Source: Alphaproteobacteria bacterium
Lineage (GTDB): Bacteria; Pseudomonadota; Alphaproteobacteria; RF32; CAG-239
NCBI GenBank assembly: GCA_020025875.1
Contig: JAHHRI010000002.1
Coordinates: 1,078-65,077 of the forward strand
DNA length: 64,000 bases
Reading direction: 5' to 3'
Under the pieces are notes generated by a model, which was given only the letters and a program-made list of their open reading frames with translations, made no database searches and had not been told where the DNA came from. Position 1 is the first letter of the stretch; the number at the start of each line of letters is the position of its first letter. The translations under genes and the position numbers were made by a program. Shown piece after piece: positions 18,065 to 27,420 of the stretch.

Positions 18065-18706
18065 ATGCAGAAATCTGTTTTGTGTCTGTTGCTTGCCGCA
18101 AGCTTGATCAGCGGATGTGCAACCGATCCGTACACGGGCGAGAGCAAAGTGTCGAAAACGGCATGGGGGACGGGTATCGGTACGGTGGTTGGTGCCGGTG
18201 TCGGCGCTTTGGTCGGCGGAGAAAAAGGAGCGTTGATCGGTGCCGGAATCGGTGCTGTTGGCGGTGCTTCTGCCGGCGGATATATGGATTTGCAGGCACG
18301 CAAACTACGACAGGAACTTGTCGGCACCGGTGTTCGGGTTGCGGTTTTGGAAAACGGACAAATCCAACTTTTGATGCCAAGCAATATTACTTTCGATTTT
18401 GATTCCGCTGTTTTTAGAACGGGTTTTAACCGTACGCTTGATTCGGTGGCTAAGGTGCTGACGGAATATGATAAAACGAAAGTGATTGTTTCCGGCTATA
18501 CGGATAATGTCGGCAAAGCCGCCTACAATAACGCACTTTCGCTCAAACGGGCGCAGGCCGTGGCAAACTATTTGGTGTTGCGTGATGTTTCGCCGGAAAG
18601 AATCAGTGTTTACGGCTATGGTTCTCAGTATCCCATCGCTTCCAACAAAACAGATGCCGGTCGTGCGCAGAACCGTCGGGTGACGATTACTTTACAGAAG
18701 ATATAG
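18065..18706 (+). CDS. OmpA-family lipoprotein with a glycine-zipper N-domain
   Basis: Lipobox LISGCAT, Gly-zipper GTGIGTVVGAGVGALVGGEKGALIGAGIGAVGGA, and OmpA_C block GYTDNVGKAAYNNALSLKRAQAVANYL ... NRRVTI. Confidence 0.9.
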   Translation: MQKSVLCLLLAASLISGCATDPYTGESKVSKTAWGTGIGTVVGAGVGALVGGEKGALIGAGIGAVGGASAGGYMDLQARKLRQELVGTGVRVAVLENGQIQLLMPSNITFDFDSAVFRTGFNRTLDSVAKVLTEYDKTKVIVSGYTDNVGKAAYNNALSLKRAQAVANYLVLRDVSPERISVYGYGSQYPIASNKTDAGRAQNRRVTITLQKI

Positions 18707-18721
18707 TATCGCTTTTGAGGG

Positions 18722-18753
18722 AGAATGCCGCTTTTGTGCGGCATTCTTTTTGT
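18722..18753 (+). terminator. intrinsic terminator
   Basis: 10-bp stem AGAATGCCGC pairs with GCGGCATTCT, loop TTTTGT, then a T-run. Confidence 0.7.
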
Positions 18754-18911
18754 TGTCGGCAAAACATAAGCCTGCATACCGTTTGAGCAAACGGGGGGCG
18801 GTGCGAAGAAAAAAATGCCATGCGGATATAAACGCAATATCTATTGAACCTGCCGCTGTTTGTGAATATCTGAAATGATGTATCGTAACATTGAGCAAAG
18901 GATGAAAAATT

Positions 18912-19253
18912 ATGAAAAAAGCATCTGCACTGATTATGTTTACTTTGCTGGCAACGGTGGGATATTTTATCGGCAATGCGGTTGCCAAAAGCAAAATGTC
19001 TACAGATCGGAATGCTTCGGACGGTGTGCTGGTGGTTGAAGAAACTTATGGCGTTGCCGTTCCCGTTCAGGGCAATATGTCCGCCGCCGCTCAAAACAAC
19101 GGATCTTCTTCCGTTGATGTCAATGCGGGCAAAACGACTCATGCCGATAAGGCTGCTTCTGCCGTGCCGATGGTTGACAGCAAGGCACCCACCGACGGCG
19201 ACGATGTGATGGTTGTCGAAACCGTCAATGAAGAAGGCTATGTTGACGAATAA
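18912..19253 (+). CDS. hypothetical membrane-anchored protein
   Basis: 113 aa with one N-terminal TM or signal anchor (ALIMFTLLATVGYFIGNAV) and a low-complexity acidic tail. Confidence 0.5.
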   Translation: MKKASALIMFTLLATVGYFIGNAVAKSKMSTDRNASDGVLVVEETYGVAVPVQGNMSAAAQNNGSSSVDVNAGKTTHADKAASAVPMVDSKAPTDGDDVMVVETVNEEGYVDE

Positions 19254-19350
19254 TCAATTATTAAGCAGACTTTCTGCCTCAAACGCCCCTCAAAGGATTT
19301 TTCCCCCAACCCCTTGTCCTTTGAGGGCTTTTGGGGTGGTGAAGACAATC

Positions 19351-19381
19351 AAAAAAGCCTCGTGATAAACGAGGCTTTTTT
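19351..19381. terminator. bidirectional intrinsic terminator
   Basis: AGCCTCG (19356-19362) pairs with CGAGGCT (19370-19376), with an A-run and a T-run. It is preceded by a second hairpin, CCCTCAAAGGA pairing with TCCTTTGAGGG (19288-19327). Confidence 0.75.
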
Positions 19382-19389
19382 GATATGGC

Positions 19390-19947
19390 TTATCGGAAAG
19401 TGTAGCGGATGCCAAACGAATATTCGTTCATATGATCCAAGCCGTCAACACGGTCAATTTTGATGTAACGAGCCAGCAGTCTGGTTGACCAGTTCTCGTT
19501 GATATGATAAGTCAGTCCGCCGCCAAAGCGATATCCCCAGCCGCGGTCGTTATGGTCTTTTGAAAAGCGAAAATCGTGCTTAAACGAATATTCTCCGAGA
19601 CCAAAGGTTGCCGTCGGTGCCAACCGTCCGTCGCAGCCAAGCGGCAGATAGGCCATGAGATCGAGGCCGTATGCCTGAAAACTGGTGCTTTTGAGGTTTG
19701 ACGGTGCAGCAAACTTGTGTTTGTCGGCATATTGATAAAAAAGTTCGGTGCCGAAATATTTGTTGTAGACCGATCCAAGGTTGAGCGAGCCGGCGTTGTG
19801 ATATGTGTGCGTGCCGTCTGCCCGAACTTCTCCGTATGCATAATTGGCGCCGATATACGGTTTGTAGTTGTTTTCAATGGCGTTGGCGGCAGCCGTGTTT
19901 AGGCAGATACCGGCAGCCAGCAGTATGGCTGTGTTTATTTTTTGCAT
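19390..19947 (-). CDS. small outer-membrane beta-barrel protein, paralogue of 7089..7637
   Basis: Signal peptide ending AANA. Shares blocks with 7089..7637: SFQAYG(L/V)D, LPLGCDG, GLGEY, NENWS, and a C-terminal (I/V)RYTF versus RYNF. Confidence 0.8.
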   Translation of the reverse strand: MQKINTAILLAAGICLNTAAANAIENNYKPYIGANYAYGEVRADGTHTYHNAGSLNLGSVYNKYFGTELFYQYADKHKFAAPSNLKSTSFQAYGLDLMAYLPLGCDGRLAPTATFGLGEYSFKHDFRFSKDHNDRGWGYRFGGGLTYHINENWSTRLLARYIKIDRVDGLDHMNEYSFGIRYTFR

Positions 19948-20041
19948 TTTTGTTCCTTTCTTTAAGACTTTTTAATATAATCTACGCTAGGATTTAAGAA
20001 AGTAAAGTGAAAAGTGGAATTATTCCGCAAAGGAGTGAGTT

Positions 20042-20587
20042 ATGGAAGAACGAAAATCGCAGTCCGGCTATACCCTGATTGAGTCGATTATGTTTATCGG
20101 TGTTGTTTCGATGTTGGCAATAGCCGTGATATCTCTGATCAACAGTATGCTTGACAAATACAGAATGAGCCGAGTTACCCAGCAGATTGTGGATTTGCAA
20201 AAAAATATCGATTTTCGTTTCTCTTCGGCAGAAAATTTCGAAAATCTGAAAGCCAAATTGCTAACGGATGAAAGCATCGTTCCGGGAGATATGGTGGACG
20301 GAACAAAGATTCGTCATGCCTATAAAGGTCCCGTGACAATCAGGAGCCGGCAAAGCCACAGTGTTTATGAGGTGATGTTTGGGGAGCTGCCGTATCATGC
20401 CTGTACGGAATTGGCGATGATCGACTGGATGACCGGTTACAATTCGCATCTGGTGCATATTAAAATTAACAGCAAATTTTTTACATGGCAGGGGAAAAAA
20501 CAAGGTAAATTGCCGATGGAATATAGTGCCGCGTTGGCAGCTTGCCAAGATAATCGTAATAATGTCATTATTTGGCAGTTTCAGTAA
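20042..20587 (+). CDS. type IV pilin / pseudopilin-like protein (class III signal peptide)
   Basis: The N-terminus MEERKSQSG|YTLIESIMFIGVVSMLAIAVISLI has Gly at -1, Glu at +5 and a hydrophobic helix. No other pilus or T2SS genes are nearby. Confidence 0.65.
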   Translation: MEERKSQSGYTLIESIMFIGVVSMLAIAVISLINSMLDKYRMSRVTQQIVDLQKNIDFRFSSAENFENLKAKLLTDESIVPGDMVDGTKIRHAYKGPVTIRSRQSHSVYEVMFGELPYHACTELAMIDWMTGYNSHLVHIKINSKFFTWQGKKQGKLPMEYSAALAACQDNRNNVIIWQFQ

Positions 20588-20714
20588 ATCTTTACCGTAT
20601 CGTTGAAATCTGGGTTCAAAATGATTTTTTGCTTGAAGAAAATAATTGAAATTTATATATAATTGGCTATATGAAACCGATTGTAAAAATATAAACTTGA
20701 ATAGGAGAGATAAA

Positions 20715-21140
20715 ATGGTTGAAACGTCTGTTATTCTGCCTCCCGATTATAGACCTTCGGCAGATGAGGAATATATGAATGAAATGCAGATCGAATATTT
20801 TCGCCAAAAATTGCTGGAATGGAAAAAATCTCTTCTTGCGCAGTCGAAGGACACGTTGGAAGAACTGCGTCAGGGAGGGCTGAACCAGCCCGATGAGCTG
20901 GATCGGGCCTCTATGGAAACAGACAAAGCGCTTGATTTGCGTACCAAAGATCGTGCCCGTAAGCTAATCAGCAAGATCAACGACGCATTGAAACGGATTG
21001 AAGACGGTACCTATGGCTACTGCGAGGAAACCGGAGAACCGATCGGGGTTGAGCGGTTGGAGGCCAGACCGGTGGCTACGCTTTCCATCGAAGCTCAGGA
21101 ACGCCACGAAAGAATGGAAAAAACCTATAGCGAAGACTAA
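20715..21140 (+). CDS. dksA: RNA polymerase-binding transcription factor DksA (zinc-finger cysteines mostly absent)
   Basis: Coiled-coil tip DELDRASMETD (DxxDxA) and a C-terminal GYCEETGEPIGVERLEARPVATLSIEAQ. The ATG at 20715 is preceded by AGGAGAG. Confidence 0.9.
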   Translation: MVETSVILPPDYRPSADEEYMNEMQIEYFRQKLLEWKKSLLAQSKDTLEELRQGGLNQPDELDRASMETDKALDLRTKDRARKLISKINDALKRIEDGTYGYCEETGEPIGVERLEARPVATLSIEAQERHERMEKTYSED

Positions 21141-21148
21141 ACAAAACC

Positions 21149-21721
21149 ATGGAAAAAAAAGACTTTATACTTGCTTCGGCTTCCCCCCACCGGCTGGCTC
21201 TGTTAGAACAGGTGGAGCTATGCCCGAAGCTGGTTTGTCCGGCAGACATTGACGAGAGTGTCCGGCGCTTTGAAACCCCTTCGCGCTATGTTAAAAGGAT
21301 GGCGCAGGAAAAGGCTCGTCGCGTGGCTGCTTTGCATTCGGGCGAAAACATACTGGCGTGCGATACGGTGGCCGTGGTCGGACGCCGGATTTTGCAAAAA
21401 GCCGGCAGCGACGAAGAACAGAGGCAAGTGATGCGTTTGGTTTCGGGGCGTGCCAGCCATGTGCTTTCCGCCGTTTGTTTGATTGATAAAAACGGCAGAG
21501 AGGCCTTGCGTTTTTCCGATTCCAGAGTCATCACCAAAAGGCTTTCGGAAGAAGAAATTGAACGCTATGTTGCAACCGGAGAGTGGAAAGGATGCAGCGG
21601 GTATAAAATTGAAGGACGTTTTGCCGGCTATGTCCGCAGAGTTGTCGGTTCTTATTCCGGCATTGTCGGGCTGCCGCTGTTTGAAACGCAGAACTTACTG
21701 AACGGAGCGGGAATTAGATGA
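21149..21721 (+). CDS. maf: Maf-like nucleoside triphosphate pyrophosphatase
   Basis: ILASASPHRLALLEQ N-terminus, ACDTVV, GYKIEG and GLPL blocks. Confidence 0.9.
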   Translation: MEKKDFILASASPHRLALLEQVELCPKLVCPADIDESVRRFETPSRYVKRMAQEKARRVAALHSGENILACDTVAVVGRRILQKAGSDEEQRQVMRLVSGRASHVLSAVCLIDKNGREALRFSDSRVITKRLSEEEIERYVATGEWKGCSGYKIEGRFAGYVRRVVGSYSGIVGLPLFETQNLLNGAGIR

Positions 21722-22893
21722 CAATAGATACCATTGTTTATGATAAAAATTCGACTGTGACGGGGATTGCGGCACTTGAAAACGGTTGCCCCGTAGAGCT
21801 GGAAATTATTACGGGCAGACAAGCCATCAGCGGTAATGTGTATTTGGGAAAAATTAGCAAAAAGGTGATGTTGGCAGGAGCCAAGGAAGGCTTTTTTGTT
21901 AATCTTGGTGACGGTCTTGAAGGTTTTTTAAATGCCGAGGAAAACGGTTTGGCAGATGTGAAGCTAACCGAAGGACAAAGTATCGTGGTGCAGGTTTCGC
22001 AAGAAAAAAGAGCGGAAAAACACGCGCGCTTGGTGCGTTCGGTACAGCTGGCAGGGCGCTATTTGGTATATTGTCCCTATCGTTTGCGGGTGGAGGCTTC
22101 CGCTAAAATCGAAGATAAGCACACTCTGACAGAATATATGGAAAAGGTCAAAGAAAACGTCACCGGTCAAGAAGGGTGGATTTTGCGCACGGCCTCGGTG
22201 CAGGCTGATTTTGCCGAAGTGGAAAAAGAGATGAAGGAACTGCGTGAGATTTTTGAAAACATCCGCAAAAAAGCACGCAGCGAGCAAGCCCCTTGCTTGC
22301 TTTATGCCAAGCCCGATTCCCTGTTTGAACATTTGGCACTTCGCGCCGAAAAGCTAAACAAACTGGTGACCAACAGCCGCAATATCGAAAAAGAAGTCAA
22401 AGCCCTTTATGGTGATGCCTTTACCATTGAAATTTGCCAGAACCCGTTTGAAGAATGCGGGATTGATGAGGTTATTGCCCAAGCCTTGGAAAAAGAAGTT
22501 GTTTTAAAAGGCGGCGGACGGATCAGCATTGAGGAAACACGGGCTTGCACAGCCATTGATGTGGACAGCGGCAGAGATGTCGGCGGTGGTGCGCTGAACA
22601 GAATCAATGAAGAGGCCGCATATGAAATTGCCCGACAAATCCGCTTGCGGAATCTGGCGGGAAAAATTGTAATCGATTTTGCCGGTCATTCTGACTATAA
22701 ATATATTAAACCGCTGCTGGAAATTTTGGAACAGGAATTGGCCAAAGACAGCCAGAAAAATCATATTGCCGGTCTGAGCCGTGCGGGTTTGGTTGAAATT
22801 ATCCGTGTTCGGAGACGCCCGCCGCTTTCGGAATTGATGACGGAAGAATGTGCCGTTTGCTGCGGTACGGGGCGGGTGGAAAAAGGAGCGTGA
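21718..22893 (+). CDS. rng: ribonuclease E/G family protein (short form)
   Basis: S1-like N-terminus ([12 protein letters not shown]), TAIDVDSGR, and the [12 protein letters not shown] catalytic-core blocks. 391 aa, shorter than enterobacterial Rng. Confidence 0.8.
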   Translation: MTIDTIVYDKNSTVTGIAALENGCPVELEIITGRQAISGNVYLGKISKKVMLAGAKEGFFVNLGDGLEGFLNAEENGLADVKLTEGQSIVVQVSQEKRAEKHARLVRSVQLAGRYLVYCPYRLRVEASAKIEDKHTLTEYMEKVKENVTGQEGWILRTASVQADFAEVEKEMKELREIFENIRKKARSEQAPCLLYAKPDSLFEHLALRAEKLNKLVTNSRNIEKEVKALYGDAFTIEICQNPFEECGIDEVIAQALEKEVVLKGGGRISIEETRACTAIDVDSGRDVGGGALNRINEEAAYEIARQIRLRNLAGKIVIDFAGHSDYKYIKPLLEILEQELAKDSQKNHIAGLSRAGLVEIIRVRRRPPLSELMTEECAVCCGTGRVEKGA

Positions 22894-22895
22894 AA

Positions 22896-23111
22896 ATGGG
22901 GGAAATTTTAAAAACTTGCCGTTGCCCGATCTGCGGAAAGGTTGCGCCGGCGGGGAAATATCGCCCCTTTTGCTCCAAACGCTGTGCAGACATAGACCTC
23001 GGTAACTGGTTAAACGAAACTTATTGTGTGGAAGCGGAAGAAATAGATGATCAGGATATTGAGGCTTTGGAAGAATTGGTTTCTCGCGGCAATGATGACG
23101 GTGAAAGCTAG
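22896..23111 (+). CDS. yacG: DNA gyrase inhibitor YacG (zinc finger)
   Basis: [30 protein letters not shown]. The ATG at 22896 follows the rng stop. Confidence 0.85.
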   Translation: MGEILKTCRCPICGKVAPAGKYRPFCSKRCADIDLGNWLNETYCVEAEEIDDQDIEALEELVSRGNDDGES

Positions 23112-23348
23112 CTTTTGTTAAATTGTTTTAGTCGGTGATTTTTGTTTGTCATCGGCTTTTTTTTGCCCTTTTGAAAAGCTTGCGTGGGGTACGCTTTACC
23201 AAGACTTGCGGTGTGATGACAGTGAAAGCTAGCTTTTATTAAAATTGTTTTAGTCGGTGATTTTTGTTTGTCATCGGCTTTTTTTGCCTTTTGAAAAGCT
23301 TGCGTGGGGTACGCTTTGCCAAGACTTGCGGTGTGATGACAGTGAAAG
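23094..23348. repeat. tandem duplication, 2.1 copies of a 120-121-bp unit covering the yacG 3' end and its terminator
   Basis: Units start at 23094, 23215 and 23335 (partial). The copies differ by a handful of substitutions and 1-bp indels. Each copy contains GATGAC(G/A)GTGAAAGCTAG (the last six yacG codons plus stop) and a wobble-paired hairpin followed by a T-run. Confidence 0.9.
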
Positions 23349-23412
23349 GTACTTCCGCCATTATATATATCTTTCGGTTAATCGGGGAATGCTCTATTAG
23401 CCGTCAAGATAC

Positions 23413-23445
23413 AAAAAATCCCAAGCGTCGGCTTGGGATTTTTTG
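23413..23445. terminator. bidirectional intrinsic terminator (ftsZ 3' end)
   Basis: ATCCCAAGC (23418-23426) pairs with GCTTGGGAT (23431-23439), loop GTCG, with a flanking A-run and T-run. Confidence 0.8.
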
Positions 23446-23457
23446 AGAGTGTTCATC

Positions 23458-25149
23458 TTAACGGCGTCTGAGAAACGAGGGAATATCCAAGTTGACCTGC
23501 TCATCTTCGCTGTCGGTAAAAGACGGCGTTACCGGTTCCTGATAATGTTCGGTTTCCATTTTCTTCTTGCGGTTGCGCTTGGCTATGGAAAAGCCGGTGA
23601 CGCGTTCAATGAGGGTCGGTGTATATTCTTCTTCGTCGCTGACAATCAATTTTTCGACAGGTTCTTCTTTTGATGAGGCGAAAAGCTGCGGATTGTGTCC
23701 GAATAATTCCGGCTCTTCTTCAACCATACGAGGCGCGCTTTTGGCGCTGAAAGTACTGCCTTGGTTGGAAATGAGACTTTCGAGCTGAGCGTCGACATCG
23801 CTAAATTCGCTTTTATTTAAGATGGCATTGAACAGAGAGGACGCTTTGGGCATATCGCTCATGGAAGAAGGGGCGCGAGATTGCGGATCGGCAAACATTT
23901 CCGGTTCTTCTTCTTGGCGGATTGTCGGCTCCGGTTTTTCTTCCGCCGTGGGAATTTCTTCCGCCGATTCAACCATTGGTTCGGTTTCTTCTTCTTGTTG
24001 CAGGGCTGAGCTATCTTCGTTTTCCTCTATGTCGTCAGGCAAAGTGGCTGCAAATTTTTTGAGGTTGGAATCTATCTCCTCATTGGGGGTTATCGGAATA
24101 ATGGGGGCATCGGAAAAGCTATCTTCTATGTAGTTGGTCGGCTTTGGCTGCGGTTTGCTTTTCGGCATTTCCGCCCGTCCGCCTTCAATGCCGGTGGCAA
24201 CAATGGAAACCCGAATTTTGCCGGCAAGGCTTTCGTCAAAGCTGGAACCAAAGATGATATTGGCATCTTCGTCCACTTCTTCTTTAATGCGGTTGGCGGC
24301 TTCGTCAATTTCAAACAAGGTGATGTCCATGCCGCCGGTGATGTTGATCAGCACCCCTTTGGCTCCTTTCATGTTGCTGTCGTCAAGGAGCGGGTTGGAC
24401 AAAGCCTGTTCGGCGGCTTTGATTGCACGGTCATCGCCTTCTGCTTCTCCCGTTCCCATAATGGCTTTGCCTTTATCTTCCATAATGCTTTTGATGTCGG
24501 CAAAGTCGAGGTTAATCAGCCCCGGCATCATCATCAGATCGGTAATTGAACGAACCCCGTCATAAAGCACATTGTCTGCCATCACGAACGCATCTGCCAA
24601 AGTGGTGTTTTTATCGGCAATTCGGAACAAATTTTGGTTGGGGATGATAATAATGCTGTCTACGGCAGAGGTGAAGTCGTTGAGTGCTTCTTCGGCAATT
24701 TGGTAACGGCGGCGCCCTTCAAATTGGAATGGTTTGGTGACAACGCCGATGGTGAGAATGCCTTTTTGTTTGGCAATGCGAGCAACAACGGGCGCTGCGC
24801 CGGAACCGGTACCGCCTCCCATGCCGGCCGTAATGAATACCATGTTGGCGCCTTCCAATTCTTTTTCGATTTCTTCTTCCGCTTCTTCGGCGGCTTTGCG
24901 TCCGACTTCGGGGCAGGCACCGGCACCCAAACCACGAGTGGTTTCAACTCCGAGCTGAATTTTTCGTCCCGATTTTGAGTTGGCAAGAGCCTGAGCATCT
25001 GTATTAGCGACAATAAAATCAACGCCTTCAAGATTTTTGACGATCATATTGTTAACGGCATTACCGCCGCCGCCACCGACTCCGATAACCGAAATACGTG
25101 GTTTTAAGGTGATCATGTTGGTTTCCGGTACTGCTAATTTTATCGACAT
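23458..25149 (-). CDS. ftsZ: cell division protein FtsZ (long disordered linker)
   Basis: [24 protein letters not shown], and the C-terminal peptide DIPSFLRRR. Start set at MSIKL (ATG 25147-25149). Confidence 0.97.
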   Translation of the reverse strand: MSIKLAVPETNMITLKPRISVIGVGGGGGNAVNNMIVKNLEGVDFIVANTDAQALANSKSGRKIQLGVETTRGLGAGACPEVGRKAAEEAEEEIEKELEGANMVFITAGMGGGTGSGAAPVVARIAKQKGILTIGVVTKPFQFEGRRRYQIAEEALNDFTSAVDSIIIIPNQNLFRIADKNTTLADAFVMADNVLYDGVRSITDLMMMPGLINLDFADIKSIMEDKGKAIMGTGEAEGDDRAIKAAEQALSNPLLDDSNMKGAKGVLINITGGMDITLFEIDEAANRIKEEVDEDANIIFGSSFDESLAGKIRVSIVATGIEGGRAEMPKSKPQPKPTNYIEDSFSDAPIIPITPNEEIDSNLKKFAATLPDDIEENEDSSALQQEEETEPMVESAEEIPTAEEKPEPTIRQEEEPEMFADPQSRAPSSMSDMPKASSLFNAILNKSEFSDVDAQLESLISNQGSTFSAKSAPRMVEEEPELFGHNPQLFASSKEEPVEKLIVSDEEEYTPTLIERVTGFSIAKRNRKKKMETEHYQEPVTPSFTDSEDEQVNLDIPSFLRRR

Positions 25150-25250
25150 TGCTCGCTCCCAAAAGTATTGTGCATATTCAGTTTTATTATACAATATTTG
25201 AAAAGTGCTTAAGGTTTCGTTACTAAAGCGTCATTTTTTTCGTTAATTTG

Positions 25251-26522
25251 TCAAAAGTTTTGTTTCAGCCAATTTAAAATCCGCTTAAAACGTCCGCCTT
25301 CCGTTCCCATCGGTTTGCTGATAATTTTGTTTGGCTTACGTTCGGTATAGTTGATGACAAACAACAGCAGCCCGATGACGGAAGAAAATGCCGGAGACTG
25401 CAATACGGGGTAGTTTGAGATGTCGAGCATATTGGCAATGTTGCGTGGTCTTCCCAAACGAACTTGTTTGTCGAGGATCATGGCCGCCACTTCGCGCATT
25501 CCGGACAACAGCGATCCGCCGCCAGTCAGCACAATGCGGTGGCTGTTAATGTCTTTTAAGCCGTGGTCTGCCAGTTTGTTGTTGACGAGTTCAAACATTT
25601 CTTCCACCCGCGGGGTAATAATGCTGATCAGCTCCGATTTCGGCACCTGCTTGATTAGGCTGTCGTCTTCTTCTCCGACCGGATAGACATTGATGGTTTC
25701 GTTTTTGTCCTGCGATGTCATGAAAGCGCAGCCGTGCAGGGTTTTTAGGCGTTCGGCATGGGTAAACGAAGTGGTCAGTCCCCAAGCGATGTCGTTGGTT
25801 ATGTTGTTGCTGCCGACACCGATGGAGCTGAAATAGACCGGATGCCCGTGTTTGAAACTGGAAATACTGGTGGTGCCGCCGCCAATGTCGATGACGGTGG
25901 CGCCCAGTTCTTTTTCGTCATCAACCAAACACGCAAGCCCCGAAGCATAGGAAGAAAGTGCTTTTTCGGCAATTTCCAAATGCGAATTGTCGAGCACCGT
26001 TTTGACATTGCGGTACATAATTTCCGGCACCAAACCGAGCAGCACGTCAACGGAGAGGTTTTCGCCGTAAAGATTGCGCGGATCGTTGGTTTCTTCGCCA
26101 AAGTCGAGCCGGTAGCCGGTTGGCAGACAGTGAATAAGCTCATTGTTTTCGACATTGATTTTGTTGATGCCTTTTTCAATGACTTTTTTGATGTCTGTTT
26201 CCGAGACGGGCTTTGATTTGTTTAAGTTGATTGCCGAGCGTTTGATGTTGCTTTTGACCCGATCTCCGGAAATGTTGACAATGATGCGGCTGACGCGTTC
26301 GTTGGCCATTTGTTCGGCAGCCTCCACGGCGTCGCAGACAGAGTATGTGGCCTGTTTGATGTCGGTAATGATGCCGTTTTTGATGCCCTTGGAGGCATTG
26401 TAACCATAACCGGCAATGCTGATTTTTTGATCGCGACTGATGCGGGCAATAACGCAGCAGACTTTGGACGAGCCGATGTCCAAAGCGGCAATGGTGGTCA
26501 ATCGGTTAAATGAATGAGTCAC
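25251..26522 (-). CDS. ftsA: cell division protein FtsA
   Basis: Actin-like ALDIGSSKV and DIGGGTTS blocks, and a C-terminal amphipathic RFKRILNWLKQNF. Confidence 0.95.
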   Translation of the reverse strand: MTHSFNRLTTIAALDIGSSKVCCVIARISRDQKISIAGYGYNASKGIKNGIITDIKQATYSVCDAVEAAEQMANERVSRIIVNISGDRVKSNIKRSAINLNKSKPVSETDIKKVIEKGINKINVENNELIHCLPTGYRLDFGEETNDPRNLYGENLSVDVLLGLVPEIMYRNVKTVLDNSHLEIAEKALSSYASGLACLVDDEKELGATVIDIGGGTTSISSFKHGHPVYFSSIGVGSNNITNDIAWGLTTSFTHAERLKTLHGCAFMTSQDKNETINVYPVGEEDDSLIKQVPKSELISIITPRVEEMFELVNNKLADHGLKDINSHRIVLTGGGSLLSGMREVAAMILDKQVRLGRPRNIANMLDISNYPVLQSPAFSSVIGLLLFVINYTERKPNKIISKPMGTEGGRFKRILNWLKQNF

Positions 26523-26541
26523 TTTCTGTAGCCTTTCGCTG

Positions 26542-27420
26542 TCAAATGTTACTTTCGTATTCGTTGCCCAAAGTCAGATGTTCTTCGTTTGGGGCGTTGC
26601 GTAGTTTTACCAAAACTTTATTGGCAAATCTTAAATCAATGATGGTTAATTTACGTTTAAGAAGTCCTTGTGTTTTGTTTAATTTTAGCAATTTTTTCCA
26701 AGCTTTGTCCATATTTTTGGCAGGCAGTTTGACGGTGATGCCGTTTTCGACGTCGTCAAGAATGAGATTCCATCGGCGGTCGGAAATGAAGTTGGCAACT
26801 TTGATGCGCGGGTAAATATCTTTGTCGCTTTCGATAACCGCCAGCAGTTTGTTCAGATGTTCCGGCGCGCCGCGTCCGACAATCAACAGCACCGGATGCG
26901 AGGGAATAAAATCGGCATGAATGACCGCGCCGTCGGTATCAATCGGATAAAAAGCGTTGTTAATTTGCCATAAGGAGCGCACATGCCGTTCCTGAAGATT
27001 GATTTTGAGCAGGTTGGGCAGATAAGAGCGGCTGACGGTTGCCGATTTTACCCATGGCAGCTGCTCCAGATCGTTTTTCATCTGCCGAATGTCCAGACGG
27101 AGAATGTTGTCGCCGCGGCGGGTGTTGACTATGTTGTGAATTTCCTCAAGGGCGGTTTTGTGGCGCCCGTAGACGAGAATATCGTCGACCGTAAAACCAA
27201 AATAGGAGGTAAAGCCGTAAAAATAGTCGGAGAGAGAGTTTAGCTTTTGCGTAACCAGATTGTTTTTGGCTATGACCATGCCGGCAGAGGCAAAACCAAG
27301 TAAAACCAGCAGCAAAATATTGCCGATCAGACGATAGGGCCAAAGCTGGGGAAGATAGATCCGTTTGTCGGCGACAACCGTCGGCGCGGCGGTGGGGGCT
27401 GTCGGTGTGCTGATTGTCAT
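26542..27420 (-). CDS. ftsQ: cell division protein FtsQ
   Basis: One TM helix plus a POTRA-like region, positioned between murB and ftsA. The ATG at 27418-27420 overlaps the murB stop (TAATG). A longer start at 27453 is possible. Confidence 0.85.
   Translation of the reverse strand: MTISTPTAPTAAPTVVADKRIYLPQLWPYRLIGNILLLVLLGFASAGMVIAKNNLVTQKLNSLSDYFYGFTSYFGFTVDDILVYGRHKTALEEIHNIVNTRRGDNILRLDIRQMKNDLEQLPWVKSATVSRSYLPNLLKINLQERHVRSLWQINNAFYPIDTDGAVIHADFIPSHPVLLIVGRGAPEHLNKLLAVIESDKDIYPRIKVANFISDRRWNLILDDVENGITVKLPAKNMDKAWKKLLKLNKTQGLLKRKLTIIDLRFANKVLVKLRNAPNEEHLTLGNEYESNI

Noticed and set aside
17929-18402. A 157-aa ORF overlapping the start of the OmpA-family lipoprotein gene in another frame, with its antisense partner at 17983..18384.
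   Set aside because: The Gly-zipper-encoding GGN repeats keep several frames open. Only the 18065..18706 frame gives a lipobox plus an OmpA_C domain.
23458-24200. The very long acidic, Pro-rich C-terminal linker of FtsZ, considered as a possible fusion or novelty.
   Set aside because: Extended disordered linkers followed by the conserved C-terminal peptide (here DIPSFLRRR) are a known feature of alphaproteobacterial FtsZ, so this is not unusual.
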